Shown piece after piece: positions 11,168 to 24,402 of a DNA stretch of 64,000 nucleotides (within the stretch, counting starts at the first letter, position 1; each line of letters opens with the position of its first letter). Origin of the DNA: Octopus bimaculoides. Its lineage: Eukaryota. A program made the translations under genes and the position numbers. The DNA is taken from assembly GCF_001194135.2 (NCBI RefSeq), contig NC_068986.1, positions 21,489,540-21,553,539 of the forward strand. The letters run 5' to 3'. The notes under the pieces were generated by a model. That model ran no database searches. It saw only the letters and a list, made by a program, of their open reading frames with translations, and was not told the origin of the DNA.

Positions 11168-14100
11168 GACATACATACATACAAACAAAGGGGTACTGAA
11201 AAGTTTCTGGCTTCAAGGGTATCATGAAAGGCCTGGTTGGAAACCCAAGTTTCTGAGCCCTTTTACAAGGCTTAGTAAAGCTGAAGGGCCCCTTAAGTGG
11301 GCTGGTATTAAAAGGCTGGAAAATAAAGTAAATTCAATAATTACCATCATCCTCCTCCTCTCCAAAGTTATACTGGTTGGATTCAGGAAAATCCTGTTCA
11401 GCCAGTTTGGACCTTGTAAACAGCGGTGGCTGTTTGCTTTTCATTCTCTCAGACATCTTCAACTTCTTTTCAGGAACTTCATGAAACATAGGTTTTATCA
11501 TGGCATGTTCTAAATACAAAAGAGACAAGAGGTGAGTGGGGGGATGGTTTCTTTGTAATTAAAGAGAAAAAAAATCAAGAGTTTAAATTTTAGATATATT
11601 ACGAAGATGATGATGATGATGACAATGCTAATGTCAATGATGATGATGGTAGTGATGATAAAGATGCTACAGTCTGAATAGTAATGCACTGCACAGTTTC
11701 ACTGTTCTCTAAAATATCTTTTAATATTGTCTAGACAATAATTTAAGAAAACAAAAAGTAAATGCAATTAGTAAACAGATCAGGCCAAATGTTGGGAATG
11801 TACCATTGCTGTGCATTGCTACATTCACCATTTGATGGTATATTCCTGGGTCTTCCCGAGCAACCTGTTAAGCAGAGTCCTAGCCAGTCCCCATCTCCAG
11901 AAGATAGCTCCTCACCTGCCATGACCATGTGGCATGTGATCGACCAACACAAGCCTTCAGCCTAGCTGGATCCTCAGTGAAAAGAACACAGTAAGCAAGG
12001 TCTAGCTTGCAAAATCGAGCAACATGGCCAAATAGTCTGAGCTAGCATTCCTGAATCTTACAAGTAAAAGGACACATCCCAGATTCTGAATAGAGGCGTT
12101 GGTTGGATATGAAATCCAACCAATGGTAACTCATAATCATGCGAAGTGTCCTGGTACCAAAGGACTTCAGGCGGCTCCTAAGGGCCGCAGACAATGCCCA
12201 TGTCTCACAACTATAAAGCAGGATCAAACACCCTTGTCTACAACTGCACCAGGTTGGTAAAGTCCAGTGAGATTCATAGCAGCATTAGCTGAGGATCAGA
12301 AGTCCTGAATGAGTAAACTTTTACAAATAAATAAATAATTCTAAAATTTTGCTGTTATAAGTCTGTTCTATACTTTACCAAAATGAATATTGATTTTTTT
12401 TTACGCAGGCATGGGGTTTCAAAGTTTTTGAAGAGAAACAGTGAATTGCTTGACGATTTACTTATTTTATCGAGCAGAGAAGGATAAAAGGTGACGCTAA
12501 CAGCAGAGATCTGAATTCATAATATAAAGGGCCATAACTACGTATTGACAATATAGATAAACGTTTTCCTAAAACTTTCAAAGACCATACACACACATAC
12601 ATACAGGCTTAAGTCTGTCATGAATCCTAGGACGCCTTAAGTTGGAGGTTAACACTCTCAGATTTGGGCCTCTGTGTCTAACTTTACCCTCTACTTGGGC
12701 TCCTGAGCAAAAAAAATAAATAGTTGCATATACAGCTCAAGACTAACGATAGCAGGTAAACAAATGGACAGAATCCCGAAAAAAAAGTTCAGGAGAATAA
12801 CTATAATAGTCCTATCTCTCAACTAACATATTTGTTCACCCAAATCACTTCTCTCCTCATCCCTTTCACCAGTTTGATTGTCAAATCACTCTCATTGCCT
12901 ATGCGAGGGTAAACTCCTCATCTGTAGAATAAATATCAATAATTTCTTCAACTGCAAAGAGTTTAGGATTTGCTGATTTACAAAACAAAAGTGAACAACA
13001 GCTATGGGGCGACACTATTAACGAGTCATAAACACGTTTGGCTACAAAGCTGCAATGTAATCAGTTGTCTATTTTTCGATAACTGCTTCAGGAAGGGCCA
13101 TCCAGCCATGCAAAATCTGCTTCAACAAACTCTGTCCAACCCATGCAAGCATGGAAAACTGGACATTAACAAACGACAATAACAATGATATCATCAAGAT
13201 GTGTAACAGAGAAAACTGAAACATTTTGAACACTTAAGTAGAAGTAATGGCTTACAGAAAACATGAACAGAAGACATAAGGAACAGGAAAAAAAAGGGGG
13301 AAAAAGACAAGAATTACTGAGATGGATAATACAGAGAAGTGAACATATTTAAAATAAGGTGTATCTGTAAGAAGAGCACAAGGAACATTGAGATGGTGAG
13401 CCATGGTATTCAATATGATGAGGAGGATGATGATGATGGTGGTGGTGGTGGTGATGAAGAGGATGTACACATACCTGCATTTCGTTTTTCTTGTGTTGCT
13501 AACGATTTATGAGCATCTTTCACTGCTTTCAATAACAAACATTTATTAGCTTGTAGTTCTGGAGGTATACTAGACCTGAAGTAGAAATCAGGACATTTTT
13601 CGTTGAATTAAAATTTTAGTGAACAAAAAAAGACCCTCATTGATGTTGGTTCCGTACCAATTGGATACTACAATCTAAATATAGAGTTGTATTATACAAT
13701 CCGTATGGAGCTAACATAAGACATCAATGGAGGTTTATAAGCCTTAAAAATCCATCCTGACACTGCCTACAGGTATAGCATAGTGGATAAAGACATTGGT
13801 TAATGCAGTGCAGTCACCTAGAGGTACTGTGTTCAATCCCAGGTAGGGCACTAATGTGAATCACAAGACACCCAAAGAAGACTGGGGTGTACAACAGCAG
13901 GAACATAGAGAAAGCAACAATGAAAATGAAGACATTAGTCTGACTAATGGAAAACAGTGTACATAATATAAATTCATATGATTTTTAAAATGAGAATATC
14001 TGAAATAAACTCAACTGCTCTCACAAACGAGAATACTAAAAATGAACCCCGACTGCTCTCAAAAATCAAGTAAAAAAAAAACCTGGAAAATAATCCAGAA

Positions 14101-17100
14101 TCCTTGTCTGGTACCTGATTGATTGCAATGATAGTCATGGAATGTGAAGGTGGCTGTAGAAAATTTAGTAACAGTAATAAATAGTTTATCCTTATCTAAT
14201 ACCAGCCAAAGTTAACAAATTCACCATTCAAAATAGTTTCAAAGGCAGAGATAATAATAATAAGTTCTATTCAAGAATTTTTAAATGAATAGAATAAGAC
14301 CTTCTGGCTTTCTCTTCTCTTAAATTTTGGCCTTCTTTTAGTATTCCTGTTGTTTTAGATCAATGTATAGATGTATATATATATATATGTAAGTATACTG
14401 TAAAGTGTTAACATGTATCTCTTTACTCTTTTACTTGTTTCAGTCATTTGACTGTGGCCATGCTGGAGCACTGCCTTTAGTCGAGCAAATCGACCCCAGG
14501 ACTTATTCTTTGTAAGCCTACTACTTATTCTATTGGTCTCTTTTGCCGAACTGCTAAGTTACGGGGATGTAAACACACCAGCATCGGTTGTCAAGTGATG
14601 TTGGGAGGACAAACACAGACACAAAAACATATACACACACACATACATACATATATATAAACATATATATGACAGGCTTCTTTCAGTTTCTGTCTACCAA
14701 ATCCACTCACAAGGCTTTGGTCAGCCCGAGGCTATAGTAGAAGACACTTGCCCAAGGTGTCACACAGTGGGACTGAACCCAGAACCATGTGGTTCGTAAG
14801 CAAGCTATTTACCACACAGCCACTCCTACGCAAAAATATGTTAATGTTATTTAATTTCTGAATGGTCTTGCTGCTGTTTGTTTATGTAGTTTGATTTCTT
14901 TATCCATCAGTTTCTACTAAGATAGAAACGCGAGTAAAATTAACAATAAAGAAACAAAAATAAAACTTTGGAAAAAAAGCCTAAAGGAAGATAATTGAGA
15001 AAGACTTGAAAGTCAATGCAAGATCATTATCATGTAAAGTAAATATAGCAAGTAATCCAGAATTTTTGTACGGTACTAGATCGATCCCAAAATCTAATCA
15101 GTTTGTGTTAGTCACGAGGCCAAACATCCCTGAAAGTTTCATCCAAATCCATCTGGCAGTTCTTGAGGTATCTTATCCATGGACTAACAAACAAACAAAC
15201 ACGATCGCAAACAATAACTCAGCCTTCACTCAGGCAGAGGTAATAAAAAACAGAAAGTGGAAAATTAGCTTGTTCTGTGTGGTTAATCATCATCATCATC
15301 ATCGTCGTCGTTTAATGTCCGCTTTCCATACTAGCAAGTGAAGACATTGAGGCAAATGAAATCAAAATCAAAATTGCTGACGTAACCGATGACAGTACCA
15401 CCTGATTGGCACTCATGCCAGTGGAATGTTAAAAGCACATCTGAACGTGGGGTGTAACCAACCCGCTTCTGAGTATCCCTCATTCATTGGACAATGAACT
15501 TTGCTTGCGAAGACCTATTGAGGAGTGTGTAAACAAATCAAAATCGCTGAATTGGCCGATGACAGTACCGCCTGATGGGCATTTGTGCCAGTGGTAGGAG
15601 TTAGGAAGGGCATCCAACTGTAGAAACTTTGCCAGATCAGATTGAACCTGGTGCAGCTTCTGGCTCACCAGTCCTCAGTCAAACCGTCCAACCCATGCCA
15701 GCATGGAAAGCAGACATAAAACGATGATGATGATGAATGAATTTGGTTGTATAAACTTACTTTCTTTCTGTGACTCGAATGACACTAGCAACACTGCCGT
15801 AAGAAGGATTGTATGGATCATATTCTTCTTCTTCTTCACTAGAATGGTGGATTATAGAGCCAATTACTGAACCAGGAATCCGCCGTTTTCTGTTTTGCTG
15901 AAAAACACAGATTAATATATTATATACAAATGAATAGAAACGGAAGCAAAGCAATACATATTAATCCAACAGCTGAATTTTTCTTTGATCATTTTATTCT
16001 TGTATTCAGTCATTGAACTGTGGCTATGTTAAGGCATAACAAATTAATTCTAGCACTTATTTTTCAAAATTTGGTACTTATTCTATTGGCATTTTTTTTT
16101 CTGAACTTGGTTCAGTGGTTTTCTAAAAGTAATTAACATTCAAAGGGTTAATGAATACACAAATAACTTACCCTGGCAAGCTGTAATTGTTGTTGTTCTT
16201 TAGATATGATAGGATGAGTGATGACTTTTGGTATTTGACTCTTATGAGAGTTTGAAATAAGGTCCATTTGCAATCGAGATGTTATTGGCTTACTTTTGGG
16301 GAAAACATAAGCAGCAGACTGAGAGGAAATTGTATTTTCATTAGAAATGGAAGATTGAGTCTGTGAAGTAATATTATTAGATGCAGAGTTCAAGTAAAAC
16401 ATGGATGGCTGCACACGAGAGGTAATTTTTGTGGTTGTGGTAGAAATGGAAGGTGCAGTCTTTAAGTCTGAATTTACTTTATTAATTTTGTCACATGTTG
16501 TTGTTAAGGTTTTAGTGATGTCTGATTTCTCTGTAGCATTTAGTGTGTTGATTTCTTCTTGTTCTTCATTAAATTCATCTGAAATAAAAAGAAAGGAAAT
16601 GCAGTCCAAATTAGTTTAGATAAATATCCAGTGTTTATAAACAGGAGCAGGCATGGCTGTATGGTCAAGAAGTTTGCTTCTCAACCACAAGGTTCTGGGT
16701 TCAGTCTCAATGTGTGGCACTGTGAGTAAATGACTTCTACTGTAACCCCAAACCAAACCAATGCTCTGTGAGTGGGTTTGGTAAACAGAAACAGAAGGAA
16801 GCCTGCCATATATCTACTACATATGTGGGAAATTCTGTCTGTGGGTGTGTTTGTGGAGTTGTTAGCTAACTCCTCTTACATCATTTTATCAATTTTGATG
16901 AAATTTGACACATGAGTACAACTAATGTCTGGAAACCTCATGGCATACTCAGATTGTGTGGAGGCACAATGGCCCAGTGGTTAGGGCAGCGGACTCGCGG
17001 TCATAGGATCGCGGTTTCGATTCCCAGACCGGGCGTTATGAGTGTTTATTGAGCGAAAACACCTAAAGCTCCACGAGGCTCCGGCAGGGGATGGTGGTGA

Positions 17101-19479
17101 ACCCTGCTGTACACTGTCCCCACAACTTTCTCTCACTCTTACTTCCTGTTTCTGTTGTGCCTGTAATTCAAGGGGTCAGCCTTGTCACACTGTCACGCTG
17201 AATATCCCCGGGAACTACGTTAAGGGTACACGTGTCTGTGGAGTGCTCAGCCACTTGCACGTGAATTTCACGAGCAGGCTGTTCTGTTGATCAGATCAAC
17301 TGGAACCCTCGACGTCGTAAGCGATGGAGTGCCAACAACAACTCAAATTGTTGAAAAAACCGATAATAGGGCCCCTGGAAAGGATCCTTATATATATCTA
17401 ATATATTTTATTTTAAAAACGAAGGGAAATAACTCATTCGCCCCTGGAAGTGATCCTTATATATAGCCAAGGGAAATCGAGTATACTATAAAAACCCATG
17501 TAATTTGCACACTTGTGTAATTTACACAGGTGATTTTCAGGATAAAATTTGTATAAAAAATGCTTCTACTCATGTCAAATTCACACTCACAAGTTTTCAG
17601 AATTGCCAATATGGCCGGGGGAAAAAGGTTTTCAATTTAGTTGTATTTAGTATAATTTCACTTACTTATGATTAGATTTTATTAAATTTTCATTATATAA
17701 AAATAATTTCTGTTTAACAGGTATCACATTAAAAGCTATTAAATTACAAAGTGTTTGTGTTGTTTATAATAAAATCTCTTTTTACCTGTTTCCGTCTGCA
17801 GTAGCAATTCTGGAATCAACTCATGTTCTTTGTTATCAGTGCCATTACTGTTGCTTCTAGGATTCTTTGTAGTGTTTACTTCCTGTGGAATTACAGCAGC
17901 TACACTTGGTGGGTTTCCTAAAAAAGGAAAATACATTATGCTATTAAAACAGACAAATGACAGTATATTTTAATTATTGATATTCCATACACATATTTAT
18001 CAAATCCTTTAAATTAATCAACAAACAATAAGTGGAGACGTGGTTACGTGGTTAAGAAGTTTGCTTCCCAACCATGTGGTCTTGGGTTCAGTGCCACTGT
18101 GCAGCACCTTGGGCAAATGTCTTCTACTATAGTCATGGGCTGTCCAAAGCTTTGTGAGTGGATATAGTAGAAGGAAACTGAAAGAAGCCAGATGTATGTG
18201 TGTGTGTATGATGATATATATCATCATCATCATCATCATCATTTAACAGCCGCTCTCCATGCTAGCATGAGTTGGACGGTTTAACCAGGGACTGGTAAAT
18301 CAGGTGGCTACACCAGACTCCAATCTGATCTGGCAGAGTTTCTACAGCTGGATGCCCTTCCTAACGCCAACCACTCCGAGAGTGTAGTGGGTGCTTTTTA
18401 TGTGCCACCGGTACGAGGGCCAGTCAGGCAGCACTGACAACAGCCATGCTGAAATGGTGTTTTTTACGTGCCACCTGCACAGGAGTCAGTCCAATGTTTT
18501 GTTCACATGCCACCAGCACAAGTGCCAGTAAGGTGAAGCTGGAAACGATTGCACTCAAATGGTGCTTTTTACATGCCACTGGCATGGAAGTGAGACCGCT
18601 GCTCTGGCAGTGATCCCACTCGGATGGTGTTGTTAGCGCTCCACTGGCACGGGTGCCAGTCATCGAATTTGGTTCAGATATATATTATGAGTGTGTGTAT
18701 AAATCTGTATGATGGGCTTCTTTCAGTTTCCATCTTCCAAATCCACTCACAAGGCTTTGGTCAGCCCAAGGCAATATAGAACTTGGAACCCTGGCATTGG
18801 GAAGCAAACTTCTTACAACTTCTTACCACAGTCACACATGAAAACAAAAAGCAATGCATATAAAGCAACTGTAAAATACATTCTTACCTATAGTAATAGC
18901 TTTCAATTTATTCAAAATAGATAGCAACCTGCAAAAGGAATTGAATAAATAGAGATATAACAGAGAAAAGCTTGAAACTAAATTTGTCACTAAAAATAAT
19001 ATTCTTACAATGTCAATACAAAAGACTTTCTTAGCAAAATATTTTGTAATTATTATAGAACAGTGATGGTGAGCCTGTGAAATACATGTCAATACATCAC
19101 GGGCCTTTAGGTGTGACTCTGAAAAAACAATTCTCCCTGTAATATCCAGTATAACATCATACTTTGTGAGTAAGTGTGCTGGAGCGAAACTGTCTGGGAG
19201 CCTATTGTGTGTGTGTGTGTGTGTGTATAGTAACTATACCACTTTACTGGAAGAGTGGATGATGATAATCTAAATGGAGCTCTAAATTTGCCATAGGGAT
19301 AAATGAATATTCATCATAGGCAGAGGCTGTGTGGTTAAGAAGTTTGCTTCTCAAACACATGATTCCGAGTTCAGTCCCATTGCATGGCATCTTAGAGAAG
19401 AGTCTTCAACCGTAGTCTCAGCCCAACTAAAGCCTTGTGAGTGGAAACTGAAAAGTAAGTCATTATATATACACATGCA

Positions 19480-19513
<34 letters not shown>

Positions 19514-22500
19514 TATGTGTGTGTGTGTGAGAGCACGAGTATGTTTGTGTGTCTCCTAGTCTTGACATAGTGTGAGAGATGTAAGTGAATGTCACTGTCA
19601 CACAAGTCATTTCCAATATACTGTGAAAACATTTCTGGCCATGAAGAAATATTGCCTGACTTTGAAACAAATGAGAGTTGGCAACAGGAAGGGCATACAG
19701 ATGTAAAATATCTACCTCAATAGATTCTGTCTGACCCATGCAAGCATAGAAAAGTGGACATTATAATGATGATGATGATCATCATCATCATCATTATTAT
19801 TTTTGAAGCTGTAGTGTTCAACCTTCTTTGGAAACTACAGGAAATAAGTTTCCAAACTACAGTTTGGAAATAACTTAGGGTTGGCAACAGGAAGAGTAAC
19901 TGGCCATAGAAAATCTGCATAAAGAAACTCTGTCTGATCTATGAATGCATGGAAAGGTGGACATTAAATGGTGATGGATAATGGCTTTAGAAAAGTCACT
20001 ACAACAATACAAAATATAGAACTTGCAAATCAAATTAAATTAATTACTCACCAAGCAGTAAATTTTTCAGTGCTATTGCCAAGGAATAAATGAAGATCCT
20101 CGTTCATTTGTTCCCGGGTCTTCTTATTAGCAACCATCACCATGATGTAGTCAGGTAGTTCTTCATCTAAAACATAAACATTTTAATTAGAATATAAAAT
20201 TTGTAAATGGAATTAATTGATTATATGTATCATCATCATTTATATTAATATATTTTGAACAGCTAGAAAAATCAACTGGTAGAGGTTTACCTCACTAGGA
20301 TTGAAACAATTAGGTTTTCAAATATTTTTCTTAGTTACAAAATTCAATGTCTATTTTTTTAAAAATGACTCCCTTATGAACCTAACCTGCTCACTGTGTC
20401 CCTGTTGAATCTCTTCCCCACAACATAGCCTTCTAATACCCCTCCCTCTATTTATCTCCAATCTCTACATTCCGTCTCCTTTAACTCCAATTTTCCTTTC
20501 GCAATCTTGCAAACTTACCCACCCACTCAACCTATCCAATCCTTGGTTCTCTTTGTGTGCACCTCTCTAAAACTTTACCATACCATCTTCTCTCCCATCC
20601 CTCTTCTACAGAGGTGGCCATGTACCTCCTTTACTGCAAAACACCTGTTTCTGTTCCTTTGTTCATACTCTAAATTCCCATCATCTGGTTCAAAGCCATC
20701 TCACTCTGCAACCATATGGGTTCAGGTTCAATTCCACTGGGTGGCATCTTGGGCAAGTGTACTTCTACTATAGCCCTAGGCTGACCCATGACTTGTGAAT
20801 GAATCTGGTAGATGGAAACAGTGTGGAAGCCTGTATGTATGCATGTGTATAGGAGTGTGCATGCTTTTGTGTTTGTGTGTATGCACTTGTATTTTTCTAC
20901 CACTGTTTAATAACTGGTATTGGTTTGTTTACATCCCCATAGCTTAGCAGTTCAACATAAAAAAAACTCAACAGAATATGTACCAGACTTAAAAATTAGT
21001 ATTAGAGTCAATTTGCTTGACCAAACCCTTCAAGGCAGTGTCCTAGAAAGGTTGCAGTCTAATGACTAAAACAAGTAAAGAGTAAAATCCTTCATCAGAT
21101 TAACAAATAATCTGTACAAAATAAAATCAGGCTCCCAGCAAGAGGTTATCATGACCTTGCAACACAACACCCTCAATACTTCTCCTAGATGTCAAAAACT
21201 AAGACTACACCCTCTTCTCTATGTATGTGTGTGTGTGTGTATCAGCAACATCAGTCCAGATGATCCAATCTAGACCCCTATAAATTACCACTTACTAACT
21301 CAGAGACAACACACTATAAGATGTGGCGGGGTTGAGTGTTAGTAATAAATATCCCAGCCTTTATCTATGGTCCAGATTACTCAAATCTTTATTTAAACTT
21401 TACTCCAAAAGTTGGAGACTGTGATTTCATTCACCCTGATATTCACAATTTTCACATGGCTGGTATCACTAACAAAAGCTTTAAGTTACCCTGGCTTGCA
21501 TCTCTCTGTCCCACACATTTAAGTACACTCTGCTTCCTCTATCATTTTCTGACTTCTACAACCACCATCAACTCTTCCAGCATATTTCTCCTTACACAGA
21601 GGACATCTCTTAGCTTTCATCCTTCTCCATAGTCATTGCTCTCAATGCTCTTAACTCTTCTTGGCTCTCACACTCCTCAAATATTGATGCAGGTACAATG
21701 TTTTTTTTTTTTGTGCAATCCTTGACACTTAATGTCATCTCCTACAAGTATCCCTGATTGACACACTGATACTCCAAATGCTCTTGATCGCTTTCTCACC
21801 TCCAAACCCAAACTCCAACAGTTCATCACCATCTCTACATCCATCAGGTCATCTCACTGTTACTCTGTTGCAAATACCAATCATACATTCACATACTAAC
21901 ACAATGTTCCCACCTCTCTTGGACACTAAAGCACTTCAGAACAACTCACCGGTGTGAGTTCTGCTGGTTCTATACATAATGCACTTCATTCCTAATCTCA
22001 GAAACAATAAGGCAACTGGCTGAAACCAGCTTCTAAGGTATGTGTCTCCACTTTACCTTGCAACCAAAATTCACAGCTGAAGTGGTTCGTGCACAACTGC
22101 ACTACAGCAATTCAGACAAGAAAATTAGAGGCTATATAACACTTAGACAAAATTACTCACTCCTACAAACTGCACCCTGTAACACCATTAACCAAACTGC
22201 AAGGATATCTCTGTGTTTAGCACAGCCTTCAAACTCTCTCGCCTTCTAAATTGCAGCCAAACATCAACATCCTTTACCAGAAGACTCCCTACCAAATTTG
22301 CAGAATCCTTACTTTCCTCCATTTCTCAACCATGAAGGGTCTGTCAGTGGTACTCTTGGAGAGTAAACTTTCATATTCACTGTCCACCTTGCATCCAATT
22401 CCAACTCCACACAGCATACACTCAGTAAATCTTCTCCAGAATTATTTCTTTCTATGTTAAACACATAACGTCCTCTCTTTGCTTTCAACCAACAAAGCCA

Positions 22501-24232
22501 CTGGCCCTGATAATGTCCCTTTCATTATCTTCAAACAATGCATCCGAGTGCCCCTTAGCCCCTATTCTTACCAAACTCGCCCACCACTCTCTTTACAATG
22601 TCCCAGTCTTTGGAAAAAAGATTTTCCAAACAATTTTGTTGTTCCCCATGGTTTCATTTTGTTCCCCCACACAATAATATGAACGACTTTCTCACTCACT
22701 CCTCTGATACCACCCTTCCTTCTCGCCTTCATAACTTTCCACATCCAAACATACACAAGCAACCTAAACATCTCACACCACATTTGTACTAACTTCATGA
22801 ATAGAGATGTTGGAAACATCCTCCAATGATATCATGTCTTTTTTTATCTCCTTCACAATTGCTTCAAATGTTAGAACTCATCACTATTAAGGATCTCTCT
22901 TAGTGAATGCACATTCACAACAGAGCAATGATCACATCTCAAATACTGACCATCCTCTTCAAGACTTTAAACCTTAATAACTACTGACCCTTTTCTGAGA
23001 CTCTTCACAAAGCTTAGCTGTCACCCACAATGGAGCACTGCTCCTACATTTGAAACAATTTGCTGCTACACATACACAGATATCTTTTACTAGATCTAAA
23101 GGCCATTTGACTGAAATATACTCTGACCTCTGAGCCACAAACATTGCTCAGATCTGACTGATATTATGCCACCTTTATTCAGGCACTCCACATTGAATTG
23201 ATCTCTTCCTCTTGTTACCCATGTTGTATCCCTTTCCCATATCCCACCCAATCGTTTCTCTTCAGAAGGTCAGTCCTCTGAAATTCCTACCTTTTACGTA
23301 TTCTTAGTCATTAACTTACAACCCTTCAAGAGAAATGTCAACACCATGACTCCATGTCTTTCACCAATCTCCGAGAGCTCCATACTCCAGATGAAACCAA
23401 ATAAAAATAAAACGTCTCCTTCATTTGTTTATATACTGTTCCTATAGATTTACCAAATGTATGATTGCTTACCTTCATAGGCACCGAGTTCCACAAGCTT
23501 CGTCTTGATGGCAGACTACAAAATAAATAAACCACATCATTTCATTAATAAATCATATTTAAAAGAGTAAGTTTATTATAATTTAAATCATAATGTTGGA
23601 AGTAACAAGCCAAAATATTTTAAATACATAAACATGCAAATATTGATGAGCTATCTTCTTAAATCCATGATAGAATTATACGAAGTCGTCTGGACACAGA
23701 ACAAACTCAAACTCTATGGAATCCCTCTAAATACTGCTCTGATCAGTGTACTTCTATCAGTTGATCTTTTGCAGTAATGTGCAGAAACCATCTTCTAAAG
23801 ATCCACCTAGATCCTAGCCTATTACTCTACCTTAGTAGTATTTACATGTTTAAACCAGACAGTTTTAGTTGTTAACTAACAATAATCGCTGATCATTGCT
23901 AGACTTGTTAATGTAGAAACCAAATCCAATACGAGATCATTTTGATTCAGTTTTTAACTCTTAGGTCGCTGAAACCAAGGACGGATCGACCATGTTATAC
24001 TATCGGACAGTATACACATTCGACATATAAACACAATTGACTTTTTTTTTAAATTATTATTTACACATTACTGGAAGGGCAGAGAGAGGGAAAACTGCTA
24101 CAGTTCAATTTATATAATTAATTATGTCCCAGCCTAATTCTTTTTAAAATCCCAAGTTCAGTTCTTACGTGAAACCATGTCCTATTATACATTACTCCAA
24201 TCTGTGAGCGTATGTATTATGTACCTTATATG

Positions 24233-24266
<34 letters not shown>

Positions 24267-24371
24267 NNNNNNNNNNNNNNNNNNNNNNNNNNNNNNNNNN
24301 NNNNNNNNNNNNNNNNNNNNNNNNNNNNNNNNNNNNNNNNNNNNNNNNNNNNNNNNNNNNNNNNNNNNNNN

Positions 24372-24402
<31 letters not shown>

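Noticed and set aside
12880-12975. Acidic exon-like frame NPKLFAVEEIIDIYSTDEEFTLA after a tcAG acceptor
   Set aside because: It ends in TAG with no donor; more likely a decayed transposase N-terminus; not needed for the gene model.
17371-17465. 26-bp direct repeat gcccctggaa..gatccttatatata twice
   Set aside because: Only two copies, at a repeat junction; no array or spacer structure.
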